Source: an uncultured cyanobacterium
GTDB taxonomy: Bacteria > Cyanobacteriota > Cyanobacteriia > Cyanobacteriales > CAWUOF01
Direction: 5' to 3'
DNA length: 64,000 bases
Assembly (NCBI GenBank): GCA_963744145.1
Contig: CAVUSO010000001.1
Span: forward strand, 832,001 to 896,000
The notes under the pieces are model-generated. The model had not been told where the DNA came from. It did no database searches and worked only from the letters and a program-made list of their open reading frames with translations. Shown here one piece after another: positions 10,123 to 21,271 of this stretch. The position numbers and the translations under genes were made by a program. Each line of letters opens with the position of its first letter. Positions within the stretch are counted from its first letter, which is position 1.

Positions 10123-13100
10123 ATTAACACTAACTCGGAACCTCACAAACCCAAAATTCTGTCCAGAACTATTAGAAACATTATTAATATTAACCACTAC
10201 AGCACCATTACTATTACTCGAATTACCACAAGAAGTCCCCGAAGGTAAAGGAGCTAAAGGAGAGAAAAACGTACCTCCATCACCATCTTGAGCATTAGTC
10301 AATAAAGTCACAGTTCCAGCTTGATTAAGTTGAATTCCACTACTAGCACTAAAGGTATTCGGTACAAAAGTAGTATTAGTGGGAATTAAATCACAGAAAC
10401 TAACTTTCTGAACTGGTGCACTACCATCAGCTAAAAAGTAAATCGTATACTCTAACTGATCACCACTACGCAGCGCAGTTGTATTATTGAGACTATATAT
10501 CCCCACCGGTAAATGTCCTGTCCAACCAGAAACATTATCATTATTATCTTGGGGATCTTTGACAAAATCAGTAAAATTAGTGGTTACACCCTGTTGAGTA
10601 ATTGCAGTGATCCGCTTCACCAAACGGAACCCTGATCCACCCGAATTAGGTATGGAGATCGATGATTTATCTGGTTCACTGAAATCATTATTATTAGGTC
10701 GAGAGTTAGGATCATATTGATTCGCTGCAATCACTTGAGCATAATTAACCGCAGGAACACTGATTACACGAGTCGTCAATTGTAAAGTAGCAGCTTGTTG
10801 ATTAGCGATCGTCCCGATATTCCAAACACCAGTAGTGGGATTATAAGTTCCTTGACTAGCTGTAGCACTCAGAAAGGTTAACTGTGTCGGAATTAAATCT
10901 CTCAACAAAACACCAGTGGCTGTATCTGGTCCATTATTTGTTACCTTAACTGTATAAGTCACATTACCACCAACACCCACATTGGCATTATCAACAGTTT
11001 TAGTTACACTTAAAGCAGCGACTTGTGTGGGGAGGGTGAGAGTATCCTCATTATTAGCAGGATTAGGATCATTTTGGTCAGAGTGAGTAATTACAGCGGT
11101 ATTAGTTACCGGAATGCTATTTACGGTGACTGTAATTTGTAAAGTTGCAGTACCACCATTCGCTAGACTACCGACATTCCATTGTCCAGTAGTTGAGTTA
11201 TAAGTACCTTGAGAAGGAGTAGCTTTCACAAAAGATTCACCCGTGGGTATTTGCTCAAGAACTTGAACTCCTGTAGCATTATTCGGACCATTATTACCAA
11301 GGGTGATCGTATAAGTAACCTGTTGTCCAGCAGTGGGACTAAAATTATTAACAGATTTAGTAATTTTTAAATCTGCATCACCAGAAGGAACAGTTACTCG
11401 TGATTCATTATTGTAAGGATTAGGATCGGGTTGATCAGCTTTAACAATAGCAACATTAGTTTGAGGTACAGCGGTAACATTAGCAGTAACTTGGAGAGTT
11501 GCTAAAGCTCCATAAGACAAATTTCCAATACTCCAAATCCCTGTAGTCGGATTATAAGTCCCTACCGACGCAGTTGCTCCGACAAAAGTTAGTCCTGATG
11601 GTAATTGATCAACTACATTCACTCCGGTAGCATCATTTGGACCGTTATTAGTCACCTGGATTGTATAGACAGCTTGTTGTCCGACTCCTACAGCAGAATT
11701 ATTAACGGTTTTGATCACTCTTAAATCAGCAGGTGATAAAGGAACCGTAACTGTCGCTTGATTATTACCAGGATTAGGATCAGGTTGATTAGCTGTCACT
11801 AAAGCACGGTTGGTGAAAGGAATACTCGTTACCGTAGCAGTAATTTGGAGAGTTGCGATCGCTCCATTCGCTAAATTACCAATACTCCAGATTCCGGTTG
11901 TCGGATTATAAGTACCTACTGAAGGAGTAGCACTTACAAAACTCAATCCACTGGGTAATGGATCACTGACACTGGTTCCCGTCGCATCATTTGGACCATT
12001 ATTTGTTACCCGTAAAGTATAGGTTATTTGTTGACCTACTGTAGCTGTGGTGTTATCAATAGTTTTAGTAATTCCTAAATCAGTGGGTGATAAAGGAATC
12101 GTGAGACTAACTTGGTTATTAGCAGGATAGGGATCGGGTTGATCACCTTGGACTACAGCAGTATTGACGATCGGAGTGTTTGTGCTATTGACGATTACAG
12201 TAATTTTGAGAGTTGCTACAGCTCCACTAGGTAAATTGCCGATCGTCCAAATTCCCGTGACTGGATTATAAGTACCGATCGAGGGAATAAAACTAACTAA
12301 TTGCACTCCTGGTGGAAGCAGATCAGTTACTTTTACTCCGGTAGCATTATTCGGACTATTATTTGTTACCTGTAAAGTATAGGTTACCTGTTGACCCGGT
12401 GTTGGTACTGGATTATCAACTATTTCGGTAATCCCCAAATCAACGGGAGGTTGAGTAGTAGTAGTCTGAGGAATTGTTAAGCTGGTTTGATTATTTTGAG
12501 GATTATTATCAGTAGTTGTAGCACTAACAGTGGCATTATTAGTCACAGGAAGACTATTAACTGTTGCAGTAATTTGCAGAGTTACCTTACCCCCATTAGC
12601 TAGATTACCAATCGTCCATTGTCCTGTGCTGGGGTTATAAATTCCTTGACTAGCTGTTGCACTAATAAAAGTCAATCCTGAAGGAATTTGATCAACTACG
12701 TTAACTCCAGTTGCATCATTTGGACCGTTATTATTGACTTGGAGGGTATAAGTAACCTGACTACCAACACTGGGATTAAGATTATTAGCAGTTTTACTAA
12801 TACTTAAATCTGCATTTACTCCTGTGGAAGTCATTGGAGTACCAATCACGATCGGAGTCGGATCGGTAGGACCTGGTAAAAGTGGATAATCCGTCAGGGT
12901 CGGGGGAAAATTACTACCAGTAACTGTACCTTGGTTATTAATAGTTGTTCCCGCAGCAATTCCTGGATTTAACTTGACTCGGAATTTAGCTGTAGTAGTC
13001 GTACCGGTGTTAAGAGTACCTCCATTACTAGAATTTGCTCCCGTTCCTAACCGAAATACAATAGTAGATCCGACGATTTCCGCTTGATCATCATTAGTCG

Positions 13101-15855
13101 TATCTGTTTTCGCTACACCATCGATCGATAAACTACCAGGTACATAAGTGGTATTTGGTGGAAGTGGATCAACCAAAATCACATTGTTAGCTGTACTGAT
13201 GCTAGTTACAGCGATCGTATATTCCACTACATCTCCAGAAACAGGAATACCATTATTATTAATATCTTGGACAAGAGCCGCAGTTTTGATAGCACTAACT
13301 GCACCAGGAGCAGGAGTATTAGCACCAAGAGGAACAACTGTCGGATCTTGAGCCCCTGGTTTACTCGGATCATCAGTTAACGTGGTAGGAAGATTCGTCC
13401 CACTAACACTTCCTTGGTTAACTAATTGAGTAGTCCCACTAGGGAGAGGATTATTAACAGTTACTTTATAAGTAATAGTCACACTACCACTAACTGGAAT
13501 ACTGCCAATATTAACATTAACTGTCTTATTACCAGGAGTATTACCAGAAGTAATAGAACTCCCAGTAGGAGCAGTTACAGAACCGCTAACTAGAGTAGTA
13601 TTACCATCAGGAGTATCAGCATAAACCACACCAGTTGCAGCAATACTACTATTGTTGACGAGAGTAATTGTGTATAAAAGGGTATCTCCTGAAGCAACAA
13701 CACCATTACCATTGACATCCACTACTAATGCAGCAGTTTTAGTAGCGGTAACTGTTGCTGATGTGGGTGTACCTGATGTGGATGGACTAACAGGAGTAAT
13801 CGTAGGAGCAGGAGGACTAGAATTTGTTTGACTTGGATTGCTAGTTAGGATAGTTGGGATATTACTACCAGTCACACTACCTTGATTACCAACTTGTTTA
13901 ACTGTTGCTGGTAAAGGATTATTAATTTTGACATCATAGGTAACTGTTTTGATATCTCCAGCTTCTAGATTAGCCATATTAACTCTAATGCTAGTATCAC
14001 CAGTATTGTTACCGCTGAGTACAACTCCTCCACCAGTAGCAGTGACCGAACCAATCACGATCGTCGTATTAGGATCAGGAAAGTCATTAAAAAATACTCC
14101 TGTTGCTCTGGTCCCGCTATTAGTCATGGTGATCGTATATCTTAAAGTATCACCAGGAGCTGCCGGATTATTACCATTCAGATCTACAACGCTTTTGGTA
14201 GCAGTAACATTTGGCTGATTAGCAAATATGATCAGGTTACCTATGGTAGGTTGACCTGTAAAATAGATCCAAGTGTCGAGCGCTTGGTTATTACCCCATC
14301 CATTGGAATCACCATCATCACCAAAAGCGTGGTAGTTACCTGAATTTGTCCCAGTTCCGTAAATAGGATTAGTATATAAAGGGTTAGGAGCGGGAGGGTT
14401 ATTACCAACAGACATTGTATAGGCAACACCCGCAGGCTTGTTATCATAGTAGTAATCTCCAGGAGTAGGAATATTATTATCATCGTAGTAAGCTGTGGTC
14501 GCATCAGTGCCAGGAGTAAAAGGACCAGGAGGATTAAGTAAGTCAAAAGTTAACCCGTTAATATTATCTTCTACATCTAGCATCGGGAAATGATATTCAC
14601 CTGATCTGACGGTAATCTGAAAGCTATATTGACCTACAGGTAAAGCGACTCCGTTATTATCTGTACCATCCCAAGTAAAACTATTTGTACCGACGCTGCT
14701 TTGACTGCTGATAACTCTAACGATGTTGTTGTTGCTATCGAGAATCGCAATCTGAGAACTACCGTTGACGTTGCTAGTGTATTTGAATGTACCTCCAGCT
14801 CCCACTGGGGTAGTGTTTTTAATTAGTCCTGTAAATGAAGCATTAGTAACTTGGGGATTGATCGCAGTTGTATTAATTGGAGTGGGAAGAGTGTCTAAAG
14901 CTGGATCAGGTGGGTTGAAAAAGACTTTGTGAACGGGATTTTGAACTACCATACCCGCACTCAGAGAAACTGGGCTTGTACCATTAATTGTAGCACCAGG
15001 TGATGTAGCGCTGTGGTAAGATGGTTGGCCATTGGGATAAAGAATACCTTTGTTATTAGCTAAAAAGACAAAACCGTAGGGTTGCATCTGGTTGAGAGTA
15101 GTTTTATAAATAAACCCATCAGTAGTTAATACATATAAAGAGGAGTTAAGATAGGCAGATTGGTCTCCCAAATTCAACGCGAGCAGATCTGTATAAACTC
15201 GTCCTGTCTGGGTTTGGGTATTACCTGGATCTGTACGTACTGTCACATCCCAAGCGGCAGTAAGATTATTGTAGGTTGATTGATCCCATTGAGCTGTCGT
15301 CGATAGACCACCAGTTGGTAGGACGAAACTACCTTGATTGGTGTTGGGAGCAGGGGGGACAAACCGAACTTGCCAAATCCCACCTTGACCTGCACCTACT
15401 TGAACCAGACAGGGTTGATAACTACCTCCTGTACCAAAAACTCCAGTCGCTCCAGTTGTTCCGGTTCCTGGTCCATTCTGTTCCTCGGTGGGGTTAGCGA
15501 TCGCTCCTTTCCCAGGTTGAGTCAGGTTACAACTGATTGAACCACCACTAGGGGGAGTATACACAATATCTCCTGAACCATAGCCGATCGCACTCGATCC
15601 CATGTTGATCCATTCACCTGGTTGGACAGAAACGTCGATCACTGTATTGCGGAGAAAAGTAGCAGTATATGCTCCGTTAAAGGTTTCTAACCACGGACGA
15701 TCACCACCATTCGCAACTAAGTCTTTTGAACCTTCTGCTTGCACTGGTGTCGAGGTGAACAGATAAGATAATAATGGTAAGAGGTAAAGCCATTTTTTCG
15801 GGCTAGTTAAAATTGATGATGCTCGATCGCTAGGTTTTAATTTTGATTTCTTCAC
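10120..15855 (-). CDS. Large secreted DUF11-repeat surface protein / putative adhesin
   Basis: Signal-peptide-like N terminus (PVQA-EG), FlgD-like FTWDG segment, about 9 Ig-like DUF11 repeats (DLxITKxVxN...VTYTxxVTNNGPxxATGV), T/N/P-rich. Confidence 0.85.
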   Translation of the reverse strand: MKKSKLKPSDRASSILTSPKKWLYLLPLLSYLFTSTPVQAEGSKDLVANGGDRPWLETFNGAYTATFLRNTVIDVSVQPGEWINMGSSAIGYGSGDIVYTPPSGGSISCNLTQPGKGAIANPTEEQNGPGTGTTGATGVFGTGGSYQPCLVQVGAGQGGIWQVRFVPPAPNTNQGSFVLPTGGLSTTAQWDQSTYNNLTAAWDVTVRTDPGNTQTQTGRVYTDLLALNLGDQSAYLNSSLYVLTTDGFIYKTTLNQMQPYGFVFLANNKGILYPNGQPSYHSATSPGATINGTSPVSLSAGMVVQNPVHKVFFNPPDPALDTLPTPINTTAINPQVTNASFTGLIKNTTPVGAGGTFKYTSNVNGSSQIAILDSNNNIVRVISSQSSVGTNSFTWDGTDNNGVALPVGQYSFQITVRSGEYHFPMLDVEDNINGLTFDLLNPPGPFTPGTDATTAYYDDNNIPTPGDYYYDNKPAGVAYTMSVGNNPPAPNPLYTNPIYGTGTNSGNYHAFGDDGDSNGWGNNQALDTWIYFTGQPTIGNLIIFANQPNVTATKSVVDLNGNNPAAPGDTLRYTITMTNSGTRATGVFFNDFPDPNTTIVIGSVTATGGGVVLSGNNTGDTSIRVNMANLEAGDIKTVTYDVKINNPLPATVKQVGNQGSVTGSNIPTILTSNPSQTNSSPPAPTITPVSPSTSGTPTSATVTATKTAALVVDVNGNGVVASGDTLLYTITLVNNSSIAATGVVYADTPDGNTTLVSGSVTAPTGSSITSGNTPGNKTVNVNIGSIPVSGSVTITYKVTVNNPLPSGTTQLVNQGSVSGTNLPTTLTDDPSKPGAQDPTVVPLGANTPAPGAVSAIKTAALVQDINNNGIPVSGDVVEYTIAVTSISTANNVILVDPLPPNTTYVPGSLSIDGVAKTDTTNDDQAEIVGSTIVFRLGTGANSSNGGTLNTGTTTTAKFRVKLNPGIAAGTTINNQGTVTGSNFPPTLTDYPLLPGPTDPTPIVIGTPMTSTGVNADLSISKTANNLNPSVGSQVTYTLQVNNNGPNDATGVNVVDQIPSGLTFISATASQGIYNPSTGQWTIGNLANGGKVTLQITATVNSLPVTNNATVSATTTDNNPQNNQTSLTIPQTTTTQPPVDLGITEIVDNPVPTPGQQVTYTLQVTNNSPNNATGVKVTDLLPPGVQLVSFIPSIGTYNPVTGIWTIGNLPSGAVATLKITVIVNSTNTPIVNTAVVQGDQPDPYPANNQVSLTIPLSPTDLGITKTIDNTTATVGQQITYTLRVTNNGPNDATGTSVSDPLPSGLSFVSATPSVGTYNPTTGIWSIGNLANGAIATLQITATVTSIPFTNRALVTANQPDPNPGNNQATVTVPLSPADLRVIKTVNNSAVGVGQQAVYTIQVTNNGPNDATGVNVVDQLPSGLTFVGATASVGTYNPTTGIWSIGNLSYGALATLQVTANVTAVPQTNVAIVKADQPDPNPYNNESRVTVPSGDADLKITKSVNNFSPTAGQQVTYTITLGNNGPNNATGVQVLEQIPTGESFVKATPSQGTYNSTTGQWNVGSLANGGTATLQITVTVNSIPVTNTAVITHSDQNDPNPANNEDTLTLPTQVAALSVTKTVDNANVGVGGNVTYTVKVTNNGPDTATGVLLRDLIPTQLTFLSATASQGTYNPTTGVWNIGTIANQQAATLQLTTRVISVPAVNYAQVIAANQYDPNSRPNNNDFSEPDKSSISIPNSGGSGFRLVKRITAITQQGVTTNFTDFVKDPQDNNDNVSGWTGHLPVGIYSLNNTTALRSGDQLEYTIYFLADGSAPVQKVSFCDLIPTNTTFVPNTFSASSGIQLNQAGTVTLLTNAQDGDGGTFFSPLAPLPSGTSCGNSSNSNGAVVVNINNVSNSSGQNFGFVRFRVSVN

Positions 15856-15880
15856 GTTTTTCTCACTTTAAATAACTAAA

Positions 15881-17455
15881 TTATCTGGTTGCTAAATCAA
15901 TCTTTTTAATGACGGCACTGAGTGCTGGTTCTGATGTACCATGTTGAGGATCAGTTGCGATCGCACTTACTCTTTCTCCTGGTTGCAAATTAGTTAATTT
16001 AATCGTAAATTTACCTTTATTGTTTGTGATCACTGTGCCGATCGGTTCACTCAGTCCCTCATCAACTTCTCGATCTATTTCTATTTCTACTCCTGGTGAT
16101 GCTGTACCGATTAAAGTCACACTTCCCTCGTTGATAAAAAACTCTTTTGAACTAAATTTTGGTGTATCAACTCCAAAATTACCTGTTTTCCGTCGTTGCT
16201 GATAACTATTCATTCTTGGGTTTCTTCCATCTCCAATTTCATAAGTGTGAACATCTGTATTTTGTTGGGTAACTAAATCAATGGTTAACCCATCTAAATG
16301 AGCAAAACGATTTCTGATGATGATATTGCGATCGCTAGGAGGATAAGCTCCGACTACTACTCCTGGACCGGGTTGATTACTAATTTGATTGTTCATGACT
16401 TGATGATTATTTCCCATTAAAAATATCGCTGCTCTTCTGAATAATTTCCCATTATCATTGATGATATTTTCTTTAATTTCTGTCGCTCCTGTTGCTTTAA
16501 AAATATAAATTCCACTTCCAGCATTATTTTGAATTTGATTAGCTCTAATCTGGGTATTACTAATATCTCCTTCTAACCGAATTGCATCGGACATTCCGCG
16601 AAAACCATTTCCTTCAATCAGATTTTCACTAATCAATAGGTTGGTCGATCGCTGTCCTGTAATAATCCCACTTCCATCATGGTTAGCAATTCGATTGTGA
16701 ACAATTTTTGTTCCCACACTATCAAATACAAAAACTCCAAAAGCAGAATTGATGGGATTGGGTAGTGGTGTTTGTTCACTCCTCGGAATTCCTAAATAAT
16801 TATCCTCGACTACTACATCTTGAGGAGACTGATTAACTATAGATGAGAAGGAATCATCAACAATATACCAAGTCCGATTAGCAATAAAAATATCTGCTGG
16901 GGGTGTAGTTGCGGTAGCACGATGATGAGCAGTAAAACCAGATAAATCTAATCCACGAATCTTAATTCCACTAGCAATAACCGTCAACCCACGAAAAACT
17001 TCGTGACCAGGAGCGGGGGCGAGGGATATAATCGGTTGAGGAATACTAAAATTACTAGATTGTTTTAAGCTATTTACATCATAACCTGGCTGAGTAGTAC
17101 CATCAATTACCACTGAATGATTGAGTGGTGGTAAGACATCATTCAAATAAATTGTTGTTTGATCTGGTGGTAAATTAAAGTCAATTCTATTAGGATATTG
17201 ATCATCATGATTAACGGTAATTTGGGCTAGAGTAGATTGACTCAGTTTAGTAAGTGGTAAAGTACCATTGACGATCGCGATCGCTTCCCGTAAGGATAAT
17301 TTACCATCTGGTTGATCTGGTCCATCTTGATTCGTATTCACTACTAATCGCAGTCCCTGGGTTTGAGCGATCGCGATTAATCCCCCATTTTGTAAACCCA
17401 ATAACTGGATCACCAAAACTCCCATTAACTTCATCCACAATTTCTGATTTTTCAT
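15881..17455 (-). CDS. Secreted right-handed parallel beta-helix protein with CSLREA-like N-terminal motif
   Basis: Signal peptide, LSLREAI, IDGTTQPG, repeated N-x-I-x-x-N beta-helix turns, C-terminal ATDPQHGTSE Ig-like end. Confidence 0.75.
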   Translation of the reverse strand: MKNQKLWMKLMGVLVIQLLGLQNGGLIAIAQTQGLRLVVNTNQDGPDQPDGKLSLREAIAIVNGTLPLTKLSQSTLAQITVNHDDQYPNRIDFNLPPDQTTIYLNDVLPPLNHSVVIDGTTQPGYDVNSLKQSSNFSIPQPIISLAPAPGHEVFRGLTVIASGIKIRGLDLSGFTAHHRATATTPPADIFIANRTWYIVDDSFSSIVNQSPQDVVVEDNYLGIPRSEQTPLPNPINSAFGVFVFDSVGTKIVHNRIANHDGSGIITGQRSTNLLISENLIEGNGFRGMSDAIRLEGDISNTQIRANQIQNNAGSGIYIFKATGATEIKENIINDNGKLFRRAAIFLMGNNHQVMNNQISNQPGPGVVVGAYPPSDRNIIIRNRFAHLDGLTIDLVTQQNTDVHTYEIGDGRNPRMNSYQQRRKTGNFGVDTPKFSSKEFFINEGSVTLIGTASPGVEIEIDREVDEGLSEPIGTVITNNKGKFTIKLTNLQPGERVSAIATDPQHGTSEPALSAVIKKIDLATR

Positions 17456-17481
17456 GCTGTTAACTACCTCAAATATTAATG

Positions 17482-20400
17482 TTAATTACTTGATTTATTC
17501 CATAAACTCTCAACTAAAAACAATTCAGAATCAGATGGTAATTTTGCACTAGCGATCGGTTTCAAGGGACGAGATTCTTGTTGTTGGGGAGGAGTAACTT
17601 TTTGTCGTCCAAAACCACCGAATAATTCATTCAGCTTTAAGGTTACTGCTAAATAAGGACCATTAGCGCCGCGATAACCAGTAAAATCAGGATCACTAAC
17701 ACTACCAAAACTATATCCTACTCCCACTCGCAAATCAGGAGAAAGATAATAGCCAAACTCTAAAGCCCAACCAATTTCAGTATAGTTGAAAGACTGATTA
17801 ATCCAACGGGCTTCAGCGGCTAAATCCGTATTATATCCTAACCGATAACTAGCTCTCATTTGGGCTAAAGAAGTAAAGGTGCTATTACTAAAATTCTGTG
17901 CTAAAGTAGAATCAGAAATCCGAAACGCATATTTACTATAAAACTCCCAACGTCCAATTGGGTGCATAAATTCCTTCCAGGGAAAATACATGATCTCTAG
18001 AACCTGTTCCACTCCCGAGTAATAAAGTATCAGGAATAGTTGATGGATTCAGACGATATTCATACTTAAATAAGCCATTAAAGCGATCGCTATTGGGATC
18101 GCGATAAGCTAATCCCAATTTGATATCCATGGTATTTCCTAAATGGGTCAAGGTTTGGTTAGCTGCACTTGCTTGTTGATAGCGAAATAAAGTTGTCAAT
18201 GCTGGGGTAATTTTACCACTAGCACTTAGGGAAAGAACAGTATTTTCCGCAACTACATTACTGCGATCGCGATGTTCAATTTTTGCGGAAACTTGAAAAT
18301 CAGGATTATCGTGATAGTCAATTCCAGCACTAAAAGAATTAGACGCAGCTACACCTAAAGAAGCAGCACTTTGTCCCACTGTATAGGGTTGAGCAACAGG
18401 AGTACCAGCACCATTAGCGGTAAATAGATTGCTATAGATTCTTTCATACCCTAAACTTAAACGCAATCCCGGTGCGATCAACCATCCACCTTTAATTCCT
18501 GTCGCACCTTCACCCGTCATCCCATGATTACTACCCAAAACCGTATAGCGATTAGTCAACTCAATATTTTGACTTAATTTTTGTTGTGATGTTGTTTCTA
18601 AACTGGTAATTGAACCACCTCCACTTTTATCGGTCAGAAATTGCTGGGCTAAACGGATACTGGTATTGGGATCAACAGCCCATTCTAAACCGACAATTGT
18701 GCGATCGGGATAAAGAGAATTGTTTTGTTGTTCTATATTTTGTTCATTTTGAGCGCGAAAAGTCAATTCTTTAGTTAAGGGAAAACGCAAACTAGAGACA
18801 ATTTCATCAGCATTAATGTTACTATTAGCAACTTTATCTATGCTTTGACGATCTACATACTCGATACTAGCAACTGGGACAGGAGCATTGGGATTGATCC
18901 GTGCAAAACTAAGTTGTTGACGAATTCCAGCTTTAATCGTAGTTAATTCGTTATTAACTTTACTCCCTGGTGTTGGTTGAGTTCCAGGGTTAAATACATC
19001 GAAATAGTTCTGACTCACATCGGTAGTAACACCATAATTAGCTTCATAGTCATAAGCAGCAGTTAATTGGGTTTGACGAGAAACTTGGGCACTTACTTCT
19101 GCTCCATAGCGAGTTTGTCCCGGATTAAAACTTAAGGTTGCATCATTGCTAAAACGTTCATCGACTGAGCGATAATAAGCTTTAGTTGTTAATCCTCTAA
19201 TCGGGGTACTTTCTAATTCCGCTCGTAGTGCATCCCCAGCAATATTATGTTGAAAAACTGAATCATTGATAGAACGTGCATACTCAGCAATAATTTTAGT
19301 ATTGGTATTGATCGGTAGGAATAGATCAGCACCATCTAATTCAAAGTTTTGATTTCCTTGATTTTGACGGAGATAACTAGCTGCTACCCATCCTTTTAAA
19401 TCTTGTCCAGTTTTGGAAATTTGTTGTTGATTATTCAGATTATATTGGACTCGACCTGCATATAAACTGGTGTCACCTGAACCATTATTGTCAAATTGGT
19501 AGGTGGTAACGATATGATTTACTTGGACAACTCCAAAGGGATCATAATTCGTTGCTTGAATCGCATTACGAAATAATAATGTACCTCGGTCATAGTCAAT
19601 TTCGTAGTCTGTCCCCCTGCTCAGAGATTGTCGTTGTAATACCGTACCTGGTCGATTTAGTTCTTCTGTTTCGATAAAAACATTTTCACTCCCAGGTATA
19701 ACTAAACGATGGGAAAGAAAATAATATCCACTTGTTCCCGTTGGTGCGATCGTATCTCTGACAAAACCTTGGACATCCGGACTATATAAACCCGTAAGTT
19801 GCACATTACCGATGTTATAATTGGCTTTGAAACCATGTAACTGTCGATTTGTTGCAGTATAAAGTTGGGAAGAACGGGCAAATTCTGTGGTACTATAGTC
19901 TCCCCACATAAAATAGTCGGTTTCTTTCCCTCGACCCGCGTCTCGTTCTAAACGCACAAAAAGGCTATCTTTAGAAGGAGTCAGGTTACTTGAGGTGGAA
20001 TTATCACCGTAAACTGGATAGGTGCGATCGCATGATTGTTGATCTTTAAAGAGTTGTTGTGTACCAGTACAACTTTGGTTCAGAGCTCGAGCTGAATTAT
20101 AAGCACCAGTTAATAACCATTCTCCAATTGGTCCAGTCGCAAAAATCTGTCCACTGAGTTTAGCTTCAGCATCGGACATTTTCCCAGGATTAAGGAAGTC
20201 ACTCGAACTACCATAATAGTCCGTTCCTGCTCTCCCCAGTCGGAAATTTACCACACCACTAACTAAAGAAGGTCTCAAGTTGGGAATAAATTCAACTTGG
20301 GTATAAGCTTCGACTGTTTCATTGGGAGTGGAATCGATCGGGAGAGCATAATTATTTTTAAATGATGTGTCTGGGGAAATTTCTGGTGCTGGAATTAATG

Positions 20401-21271
20401 GATTAGGGGTTTGATTAGTTAAATTTGTTGGAGTCCGTTCTCCAATCACAGGATTGTGCTGTTCTGAAGGTGTTAAATTGGCTAATTGTTCAACTTTCTC
20501 AATCGCTGCACGAATTTTAACAGTTTGAGGTTGTAAAGTTGATTGTAATTCAGCCTTAAATTTACCTCCCCGCGCAATCACATGAAACCCAGGGTTATCT
20601 GGATCTTGATTTGCACCTAAAAATTTACCAGTGGTAGAAGTTAAAACTACACTAATCTCTTGTTCAATTAATTGACCATTGTCATCGGTAATTTGTCCTT
20701 CAATGATCACAGTAGAACGTCCATCAGCTCGAATTCGTGATTCAGTAGCGGGAGCGATGTTAAGATGAGCGTTTAAAGTTTTTACTGCAAGCTGTACGCT
20801 AACTGCTTCTCCCTGATCTGGTTTAACTGTTAGGGTATTTATACCTTTTTTTAAAGAAATATTGTACCAGGTTTGGGTAATGGTATTTGTTGTTTTATTT
20901 TCTTCAATACTGCTGGGAGTAGCAGGATCAAGTAGTTTTTGATTAACAAAAACTTTAATATTTGTACCAGTTGAGTATTGAATTACTAAGCTAGTAGTGG
21001 GACTTTTAGTAATTCCGCTAGTTGGAGTTAAAATTTTAATTGCTGCTGATGTTTGGGAAAGCAATTTAGGTGCAATCAATGGAGAAATTTTTTGCTGATC
21101 TTTCTCCCCATAACTAATCAGATAGGATTGATGATCTATCCCTTCGATCAATGGGGGAATTTCGTTAGCACGAGCTGTAATAGGAAAGGTGAAAAATAAA
21201 AAGTAAAAGGTGAAAAATGAAAGTTTTTGTTTGTTTAGATTGGGGTAATTACAGGGAATTTGGCTAATCAT
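17482..21271 (-). pseudogene. Large outer-membrane beta-barrel protein, split by a +1 frameshift at about 17953
   Basis: ORF 17936..21271 ends YAPNWTLGVL*. Deleting one base gives YAPNWRWEFYSKYAFR, continuing into the ORF 17482..18012 frame with amphipathic strands (LEFGYYLSPDLRVGVGYSFG). May be a sequencing error. Confidence 0.75.
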
